Virus record (IMG/VR): IMGVR_UViG_3300028030_000037 | Coordinates: 1-34,528 of that record | Source: a virus | Taxonomy: Duplodnaviria > Caudoviricetes | Length of the DNA stretch: 34,528 nucleotides | Strand: one strand, 5' to 3' | In this document: positions 28,455-34,528 of the stretch, piece by piece | Layout: the number at the start of each line of letters is the position of its first letter | Position numbering within the stretch: position 1 is the stretch's first letter | Notes under the pieces: generated by a model | What the model was told of the DNA's origin: nothing | The model's input: the letters and a program-made list of their open reading frames with translations, nothing else | Databases searched by the model: none | Made by a program: the position numbers and the translations under genes

Positions 28455-28633
28455 GCATATTAGAACGATTAAATTATTATAATGGTCGTGTTCTTGAGCT
28501 AGATGTTTCTGTCGATAAAAAGACTGTTAATTTAATGGAGCAATGTGACCAATATTTTAGCGTCGATTTAACTAAAGAAGAATTTGGCAAACTGATAAAA
28601 GAACTAAATCAAATTTACGACAGCATGGAATAG
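28451..28633 (+). CDS. Hypothetical protein
   Basis: 60 aa, GTGA coupling, GAGGTG RBS. Confidence 0.7.
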   Translation: MSILERLNYYNGRVLELDVSVDKKTVNLMEQCDQYFSVDLTKEEFGKLIKELNQIYDSME

Positions 28634-28786
28634 AATGAAATATATCTGCTATCGCTGCCTACAGGTTATGGATATATCAGAACTTCGACCAGGTGCAAAG
28701 ATGAAAGGGCTTTCTGTAGAGTTAAGCAGAAAGATTAAAATGTGCAAGTCTTGCAAGTGCAGGACGTTTTATAAAATAGGTGATAT

Positions 28787-28978
28787 ATGAATGAAAATGA
28801 ACCGATCAGCATCCGACCAGTGGATAATGGGTTTATTGTTACAAAAATTTACGGTAATAGTAACGGTGAACTAATCTCTGACAAGAGTATTAAAGTTTTC
28901 AGGAGCATGAATGAGTTATGCAGATTTATTCAAGAACACTTTGAACATCGTGGGCTGTGTATTGAGAGTGACACATAA
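28787..28978 (+). CDS. Hypothetical protein
   Basis: 63 aa, I.I..V.NGFIV motif, AGGTG RBS. Confidence 0.75.
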   Translation: MNENEPISIRPVDNGFIVTKIYGNSNGELISDKSIKVFRSMNELCRFIQEHFEHRGLCIESDT

Positions 28979-29173
28979 ACATACCGCATAAAAAATAAAC
29001 CCCGACTTGATCGAAAAACCTAGTCGGGGTATTATTCAAGGGTCGGAGTTAGCAGCTCCTACAAAATCAGGTTTTAACGGAACCGATTCATAAGTTAAAT
29101 CTTATCAATCCCTCCAGAAAAATCAAGTTTTCTTATAGTTGCTGCTTTAATTTGTTACTTTTGTTAACACTTT

Positions 29174-29488
29174 CCGATTATCTCACTCTACCGCCAGCCG
29201 TCTAGCGAAAGCAAACCGGCAAAACATAGCCCAGGTTATGTGGATAAGAAGGGGCGGTCACATTGTCGCAACAATAGGCAATGGGGATAAACAGGCGTAA
29301 TGGTGATTTGGTGTTAATTGACTGCTGACCAGAACTCAAGCAGCACTGCAAACAAAGCAGATTAAAAAATAATCGGTCGCTTAGTAGCGAGAACGTCCGG
29401 CAAGACGGTGTAAACTGTGTCCTGATAAATAGAGTTAGATAACCAGTTGCATTGAATATGCAGGATTGGGTTTAGATCACCAAACCCT
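29174..29488 (+). ncRNA. Candidate structured non-coding element upstream of the HNH gene
   Basis: Nested stems CCGATTAT/ATAATCGG, ACCGCC/GGCGGT, ACATAGCC/GGTTATGT, TCGCT/AGCGA and GGGTTT/AAACCC in a 540-bp gap with no ORF. Confidence 0.4.
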
Positions 29489-29518
29489 TCAAGTGATTAG
29501 TATTGTCTGGAGAATTGT

Positions 29519-29983
29519 ATGAATAGAAAATTGATGCTTGCTAGAAGGTATTTCACAGCTTATCTGGATTTGAAGCCTAATGTATCCAACGCAGCAATGA
29601 TCCAGCAGCTTATATGTAAAGGGGTTATCCATGAATCAAAAACAAAGCGTAAATCTAGCAAAGTATTGATTGAGATTTACCGCGCATTAAGCAAAACACA
29701 TAAAATAGTGTTAAGCAAAAAGAAAGGATATGTTAAGCCATCTAGTGAATTTTACAGGTCTTCGCAATGGCGGAAATTACGGTACCAAGTTTTAAAGAAA
29801 TTTGATGGGTGCTGTTGTTTATGCGGGAGGTCAAAACGTGAGCATAATATTGTTATTCATGTAGATCATATTAAACCTAGGAGCAAGTATCCTGAGTTAG
29901 AATTAGAAGAAAGCAATCTCCAGCTTTTATGCGAGGATTGTAATTTAGGGAAGTCAAATCGGGATTCTATAGATTGGCGATAA
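29519..29983 (+). CDS. HNH endonuclease
   Basis: FY.S..WR.LR, CCLCG, HVDHIKP, NLQLLCEDCN.GK. Confidence 0.92.
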   Translation: MNRKLMLARRYFTAYLDLKPNVSNAAMIQQLICKGVIHESKTKRKSSKVLIEIYRALSKTHKIVLSKKKGYVKPSSEFYRSSQWRKLRYQVLKKFDGCCCLCGRSKREHNIVIHVDHIKPRSKYPELELEESNLQLLCEDCNLGKSNRDSIDWR

Positions 29984-30050
29984 TTGATAATCAGAGAGCG
30001 TTGCACTTCCTGCGGTAGATTAGACAAAAAGATAATTAAAGGTAAGTGGT

Positions 30051-30278
30051 ATGAACAAAATAACAGTTAAAATAAACGGTAAACTAAAAAAGTGTGACAA
30101 CCATTTTTCTGATCACAAAACCAGCTCTCAAGATATGCTTTCTGGTAATAAAATGGCGGATGAAATAGGAGATTTATATATTGATCATAGAATTAACTTG
30201 CCAGAAGTTCAATGGATGCAAGTTATGAAAGCGTTACGGATACATGGTTTTAAAATTACTTTTGTGAGGAACAAATGA
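30051..30278 (+). CDS. Hypothetical protein
   Basis: 75 aa in the operon direction. Confidence 0.65.
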   Translation: MNKITVKINGKLKKCDNHFSDHKTSSQDMLSGNKMADEIGDLYIDHRINLPEVQWMQVMKALRIHGFKITFVRNK

Positions 30279-30481
30279 GAAAATTAAAACAAGCAGGAAT
30301 TGCACTGGCCGAAGCTGCTGGCAGATATATTGGCGCTATAGCATACATTGATGATGTTCTTTACGATATCTATAAATACAGCCAAGAAGATTACGACAAA
30401 GCTGATAAAGAAGCAGATATAAGCAAAATAAATTTAATATCTGCAATCGAGAACTTTAACGAGGTATCTAGCAATGGCTGA
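30275..30481 (+). CDS. Hypothetical protein
   Basis: 68 aa, ATGA coupling, GAGG RBS. Confidence 0.7.
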   Translation: MRKLKQAGIALAEAAGRYIGAIAYIDDVLYDIYKYSQEDYDKADKEADISKINLISAIENFNEVSSNG

Positions 30482-30725
30482 TATAACAATGTGCAGCTCT
30501 CGGCTATGCCCAAGACGCGAGACTTGCTATCGGGTAAGTGCAAAGCATAGCTTATGGCAGGCATGGTCTGATTTCTTTCGGCCGGAATGTCAGTGCGATA
30601 TGTTTATCAAGGCAAAGGCTGAATGCGAGGAAACAGGCGTACACTGGCCGGTGTTTAATCCGACAGACAATCAAGACTATTGCGAGACGTGTGGGAAGCG
30701 GATGGTCGATATTAATGCTAAATAA
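30474..30725 (+). CDS. Cys-rich phage protein
   Basis: MADITMC....CP....CYR motif; stop in the att core. Confidence 0.75.
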   Translation: MADITMCSSRLCPRRETCYRVSAKHSLWQAWSDFFRPECQCDMFIKAKAECEETGVHWPVFNPTDNQDYCETCGKRMVDINAK

Positions 30726-30793
30726 CGATCAAGTGTCACCGGATTTCATGGAGCGCAGCGGAATGAAAATCCGTGTGTACGCGCTTGTTATGT
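30720..30793 (-). mobile_element. attC-like site
   Basis: AAATAAC...GTTATGT; shares the ATGGAGCG.AGCGGAAT core with the 26028 site. Confidence 0.8.
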
Positions 30794-30812
30794 TGTTTTT
30801 TGAAATTATCTC

Positions 30813-30850
30813 TTGAGTTATTAGTAACGCAGTGTATTATTACTAATAAC
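30813..30850 (+). promoter_or_regulatory. Cassette-internal promoter with operator-like inverted repeat
   Basis: TTGAGT-16-TATTAT overlapped by the perfect 11-bp inverted repeat GTTATTAGTAA/TTACTAATAAC. Confidence 0.6.
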
Positions 30851-30880
30851 AGTGATAAACACGCAAAAGGGGGTAAGGAA

Positions 30881-31147
30881 ATGTTTGAACAAGATTTTGA
30901 CAATATGTTTGCTGACGTTTGGTTTGATGAGCGTGATTGCGCATACGCCTATGAGGAAGGTATAGGTGAGTTTGATGCTGGGGCCAATACCATGCACTCC
31001 AATGATGCGGTTATCGCTGTTCGCAAGTATGACCGCGCCCTCCGTGGTACGCATTATGCAGGCAAGCGTAACCGCCTCCGCGCACAGCGGAATAGTTTGG
31101 TTACTGCCTTTGGGCCGGAAATGGTTGAGCGCGTTGGTTATGACTAA
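30881..31147 (+). CDS. Cassette-borne hypothetical protein (88 aa)
   Basis: Start MFEQDF after TAAGGA. Confidence 0.7.
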   Translation: MFEQDFDNMFADVWFDERDCAYAYEEGIGEFDAGANTMHSNDAVIAVRKYDRALRGTHYAGKRNRLRAQRNSLVTAFGPEMVERVGYD

Positions 31148-31304
31148 GCGAAAGACGGCAAGCACCAAAGATGGTGCTTGCCGTCAAGCGAAATTTAGAA
31201 AAGAACAAAAGAAACTTGGCAGGCGCGGAAGGCTGTATTACTTGACCGATGAGGAAAAAGAGATGGTGGATTCGTTTTTGTACAAGCTACGCGAATCGCC
31301 ATAA
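31140..31304 (+). CDS. Small basic putative DNA-binding protein (54 aa)
   Basis: MTKRKT...RQAKFR...GRRGRLYYLTDEEKEMV, RHH-like layout; stop in the att core. Confidence 0.6.
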   Translation: MTKRKTASTKDGACRQAKFRKEQKKLGRRGRLYYLTDEEKEMVDSFLYKLRESP

Positions 31305-31368
31305 CGACAAGAGCGAAGCGGCGAGCGCAGCGAGTCCGAGCGGTAGCGACTTGCGCGTATTGTTATGC
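31299..31368 (-). mobile_element. attC-like site
   Basis: Two internal mismatches relative to 27787-27856. Confidence 0.85.
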
Positions 31369-31393
31369 GTAATTTTTTACTTTAGAGGTAGAT

Positions 31394-31657
31394 ATGTGCA
31401 ACTGCAAAAACATGGCCGGCTACGGCGACGATAGCTGGGGAAAACACCACCACATAGCCTGCGAAAAATACGCCACAGAAAAGAACCCCTACCTGTTTTA
31501 TTACGAGGAAGGTGTTGAGGCATGGGTTCCCGTACCAGAAAAAACTGAACATTTAATTGTTGTCGACGATCAGCTAGATAATGATGAACGAATGCAACTT
31601 TATTTTAGACGAATAGACATGACCGACAAACAAATTGCAGAAATGCCTTGTGATTAA
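31394..31657 (+). CDS. Cassette-borne hypothetical protein
   Basis: 87 aa, GAGG RBS; cassette ends GTTATGCGT/ACACATAAC (8/9 complementary). Confidence 0.8.
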   Translation: MCNCKNMAGYGDDSWGKHHHIACEKYATEKNPYLFYYEEGVEAWVPVPEKTEHLIVVDDQLDNDERMQLYFRRIDMTDKQIAEMPCD

Positions 31658-31658
31658 C

Positions 31659-31683
31659 ACATAACATCTATTTAGACAGAAAT
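31659..31683 (-). mobile_element. attI-like site (single unit)
   Basis: Minus strand TTTCT-GTCTAAA-TAGAT-GTTATGT. Confidence 0.6.
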
Positions 31684-32236
31684 GCAAAAGCTGAAAACCT
31701 GTAGACTCTGCAAGTCGAAGTTCCGGCAGTTCAGCTCTATGGTTCCTGTGTGTTTGGACTGTGCGCCTGCTTATGCTTTGGAGAAAGCGAAGAAGAAGCG
31801 GAAGGCGAAACAGGTAGAAAAGAAGCGTGCGACTAAGCTCAATGATAGAGCATATCTTGTTAAAAGAGCACAATTCTACTGTAATAAATGGGTAAGATTG
31901 CGTGATGAAGGCAAGTCGTGTGTTTCATGTGGAACAACAGACGCCAAGTTCCATGCAGGACATTACAGGCCAACGTCAAGCAGCCCAGAACATAGGTTCA
32001 ATGAGTACAATCTTGCAGCGCAATGCCCACAATGCAATCTGTTTAAATCTGGGAATTTAACCGAGTATCGAAAGGAACTGATTAACCGGATCGGGCTTCA
32101 GCATGTAGAGCATCTTGAAAGCAAAACACCAACACAGAAGCTGGATTGTGCCGATTTGTTGGAGATAATCGAATATTACAAAGGGAAGATTAAGGCAAAA
32201 GAAAACCCGCTAGACCATAAAGGAAAGGCGGGCTAA
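31682..32236 (+). CDS. ninG: NinG/Rap-family endonuclease
   Basis: CRLC..C..C, N.WVRLRD...CVSCG, AGHYR, RF.E.N...QC..CN...SGN..EYR..LI.RIG. Confidence 0.9.
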   Translation: MQKLKTCRLCKSKFRQFSSMVPVCLDCAPAYALEKAKKKRKAKQVEKKRATKLNDRAYLVKRAQFYCNKWVRLRDEGKSCVSCGTTDAKFHAGHYRPTSSSPEHRFNEYNLAAQCPQCNLFKSGNLTEYRKELINRIGLQHVEHLESKTPTQKLDCADLLEIIEYYKGKIKAKENPLDHKGKAG

Positions 32237-32246
32237 TTCATAAGGT

Positions 32247-32414
32247 TTATTGTTGGTTAAGTTCCTGCAAAGCCTTTTTAACCTGAGCTTTCTCAAACTC
32301 ACTCAGATTTCGCTCAAGCAGCGTTAAATATGTTAATAGGTTGTTCGGGTACTCCTTAATCAGCCGTTTAATATTGCTGACCACTACGCCGACATAGAAA
32401 GTCTGCTCAGTCAT
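32247..32414 (-). CDS. Small hypothetical protein (55 aa, not in ORF track)
   Basis: GAGGTG RBS; overlaps the upstream minus-strand ORF. Confidence 0.5.
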   Translation of the reverse strand: MTEQTFYVGVVVSNIKRLIKEYPNNLLTYLTLLERNLSEFEKAQVKKALQELNQQ

Positions 32415-32604
32415 GGCGCACCTCTTTCTGGAACTTGTGGCCTTGTGTAAACACGTTCTTTGTGGATTTGCTGTACCACCATTCAGAAGGGATCATAACC
32501 GAGATAGTAGGCGCATCGAGGCCGATACACATCGGGACAAAGCTGTTAGCAGGTTTACCTACGTTAAACACTTTATAAGTGTTTCCATCCATAATAATGT
32601 TCAT
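32407..32604 (-). CDS. Hypothetical protein
   Basis: 65 aa, GGAGG RBS, ATGA coupling. Confidence 0.65.
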   Translation of the reverse strand: MNIIMDGNTYKVFNVGKPANSFVPMCIGLDAPTISVMIPSEWWYSKSTKNVFTQGHKFQKEVRHD

Positions 32605-32780
32605 TCTGTAACCCTCCGCACTTCTTTTTCGAGGTAGTCAATTAAGACCATCATGCTAGTTTTATCAGCAATCTGGATAGTATCGCCAAGATGTAGCGTA
32701 CCGACAACTCTCAGCTTGCCGCCAGTTACTAGCAGGCTAGGCTGGTCGCCGTGCTGGTTTTTCAATTTAATCACTTTCAT
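32601..32780 (-). CDS. Small hypothetical protein (59 aa, not in ORF track)
   Basis: GAGGAG RBS; MKVIKLKNQHGDQPSLLV... Confidence 0.65.
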   Translation of the reverse strand: MKVIKLKNQHGDQPSLLVTGGKLRVVGTLHLGDTIQIADKTSMMVLIDYLEKEVRRVTE

Positions 32781-32931
32781 TTTTCTCCTCGTTTGTTAGT
32801 TGATAGTTGAATTATGCGATATCAGGTTAAACTTGTGAAAGAACTTAAAACTATAAGCAATAGAAGAAAATCGTATATTAGCGAACAAGCATAAAATGCG
32901 GTAAAATGGCGTAAATTAACGCAGAAAAGTC

Positions 32932-33318
32932 ATGTTTTCACTATCTGAACGATCAAAACGCAACAGAGATGGAGTCGATAAACGGCTTATAGATATTTCT
33001 GACCGCGCAATTCAGATAACAAAAATTGACTTTGGTCATCCGTCAACTGGTGGAGTTAGGACGGACGAACAACAGAATGAACTGTACAAAGCAGGCAAAT
33101 CAAAAGCAGACGGCTACAATAATCGCAGTAAACATCAAGATGGACTAGCACTTGATTTTTACGCATACGTTAACGGGCGCGCCACATGGAAGCCTGAATA
33201 TCTAGCAGAGATAGCCTGTGCTTTCTACCATGCCGCCAATGAGTTAGGAATTAAAATAAAGTGGGGCGGCTTGTTTAAAGGGTTTTCAGATATGCCCCAT
33301 ATTCAATTAGAGGACTAA
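32932..33318 (+). CDS. Endolysin, peptidase M15 (L-Ala-D-Glu peptidase-like)
   Basis: G.RT..QQ..LY..GKS, SKH..G.ALD, WGG.F..F.DMPHIQL. Confidence 0.92.
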   Translation: MFSLSERSKRNRDGVDKRLIDISDRAIQITKIDFGHPSTGGVRTDEQQNELYKAGKSKADGYNNRSKHQDGLALDFYAYVNGRATWKPEYLAEIACAFYHAANELGIKIKWGGLFKGFSDMPHIQLED

Positions 33319-33320
33319 TT

Positions 33321-33683
33321 ATGGCTTTCTTTGATTTTCTAACTGGTGGTGTTGTTAAATCACTCGAAAACGTGGCTTCTGAATGGATCGAGACATCTAA
33401 AGAGGAAGCAGAGGCGAAAGCAGTAATGATTAAAGCGCTTGATCCTAACGGGAAGATGCGGCGTGACCTTTCCCGGGTAGCCTCACGGCTATATGTTTTC
33501 TACATGGTAGCCACTACAGCCCTTATTTTCCTACAATCATTCGGGATCGGTGACGTAGAAGGCGCAAAACTCGCAACTCAGGCTATGACTAAACTGTTTC
33601 TTCCTCTTACCACAGCTTGGGGCGGTATTGTTACAGCCTCATTCGGGATCAATCATTCAAATAACTGGAAAGACAAAAAATGA
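33321..33683 (+). CDS. Putative holin (3TM/GTA-holin-like)
   Basis: Follows the endolysin; amphipathic N-terminus, two hydrophobic helices, basic C-terminus. Confidence 0.65.
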   Translation: MAFFDFLTGGVVKSLENVASEWIETSKEEAEAKAVMIKALDPNGKMRRDLSRVASRLYVFYMVATTALIFLQSFGIGDVEGAKLATQAMTKLFLPLTTAWGGIVTASFGINHSNNWKDKK

Positions 33684-33817
33684 AGAAATCAAAAATAATC
33701 AAACGACTGAGACGCATTCAGAGCGAAGTTGACGAATTGCTGACTAAGCTGGAAATCGGCCAGATTGCACCAAAGGCAGGAGGCCGTACTCCACCGCCGA
33801 AAAAAGTAGAAAAATGA
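33680..33817 (+). CDS. Small basic protein (45 aa, not in ORF track)
   Basis: ATGA coupling on both sides. Confidence 0.5.
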   Translation: MKKSKIIKRLRRIQSEVDELLTKLEIGQIAPKAGGRTPPPKKVEK

Positions 33818-34263
33818 TAGTAACGATCCTTTTAGCTGGTTTGGCAGTATCTTCGATAATCGCCTATATTTTCAGGCAGGATAAGTTTTCGTTTTACGAT
33901 GCTGCCATTTTTGCAGGGCTGACTATACTTTGTGACGTATTGTTCAGTAATCAAACTGGATACACCTATTATTTGATTGCAGCAATATTTGATGTGTTGA
34001 TCCTATTCGGGATAATGCTATCAAGACCAATTACGGAATTAGGCGTAAAACTCGCACTATTAAGCATGTTTTCACTATCCCTGAATCTAATTGGTTCGCT
34101 GTTTTGGGAGTTAAATATTTATCAAAAATTCTATGAATTATCGTTCATAGCTGTTTATGGCATAGCGATTATAGAGATTCTAATCGGGTCGCATGATGCT
34201 AGAAATAATAAGAATAATCACCACAGTAATCGGGTTAATCACTCTTTTGCTAATTGGATATAG
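33814..34263 (+). CDS. Multi-pass membrane protein
   Basis: About five hydrophobic segments. Confidence 0.7.
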   Translation: MIVTILLAGLAVSSIIAYIFRQDKFSFYDAAIFAGLTILCDVLFSNQTGYTYYLIAAIFDVLILFGIMLSRPITELGVKLALLSMFSLSLNLIGSLFWELNIYQKFYELSFIAVYGIAIIEILIGSHDARNNKNNHHSNRVNHSFANWI

Positions 34264-34289
34264 TTTTTTTTTACGGATAATAGCAAGGC

Positions 34290-34517
34290 ATGAGCGAGAT
34301 TCTAAAAACCGTAGCAACAGCCGCGCCGACTAGCTGGGTCGTTTCAGGCACGACAACGGTGACAGGTGTTGCGGCAGAGTATAATTTATTTGACTGGATA
34401 CCTGACGACATTGGTAAATTGGCATCATTGGTTGGTTTGGCGTTAGCTGGATCATTACTATATTACCGGATTCTGGTTATCAGGAAACTGCAATTAGAGT
34501 TAAAACAAAACGATTAA
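34290..34517 (+). CDS. Small membrane protein, possibly holin-like
   Basis: 75 aa, hydrophobic segments and a basic tail. Confidence 0.6.
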   Translation: MSEILKTVATAAPTSWVVSGTTTVTGVAAEYNLFDWIPDDIGKLASLVGLALAGSLLYYRILVIRKLQLELKQND

Positions 34518-34528
34518 CAACCGCTTGA
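34408..34528. repeat. Terminal direct repeat/assembly overlap, right copy
   Basis: Matches 1-121 with one mismatch. Confidence 0.95.

Noticed and set aside
28971-28990. Additional att site after ORF 28787-28978 (ACACATAAAC)
   Set aside because: Lacks an intact TAAC, a hairpin or the attI-like motif, and has no complementary partner upstream
19698-31368. Hairpins as simple Rho-independent terminators or REP/BIME elements
   Set aside because: No U-tracts; conserved AAC/GTT boxes, asymmetric bulges and cassette-specific end complementarity are not expected of terminators or REPs

Overview
This window looks like a complete, circularly permuted ~34.4 kb podovirus-like phage genome. Positions 1-121 repeat at 34408-34528 with one mismatch. 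It has a P22/N4-type virion block on + (terminases, portal, scaffold, major capsid, gp10-like hub, ejection proteins, two tailspike/fibre genes). A leftward early arm carries an SF2 helicase, tRNA-Ile(UAU), SSB, a primase Zn-binding domain and a Rad52/Sak-like protein. A rightward arm carries NinB-like, HNH and NinG genes, followed by a lysis module. No integrase/tyrosine recombinase, reverse transcriptase or DNA polymerase is recognisable. The main observation is an integron-like cassette system spread over both early arms: 13 attC-like hairpins (10 intact, 1 degenerate, 2 truncated) and 5 attI-like sites (1 weak) delimit about 12 gene cassettes in about 6 arrays. Each cassette has mutually complementary ends, and every cassette ORF is inverted relative to canonical integron polarity. 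All calls come from reading the sequence by eye; no searches or folding were run.
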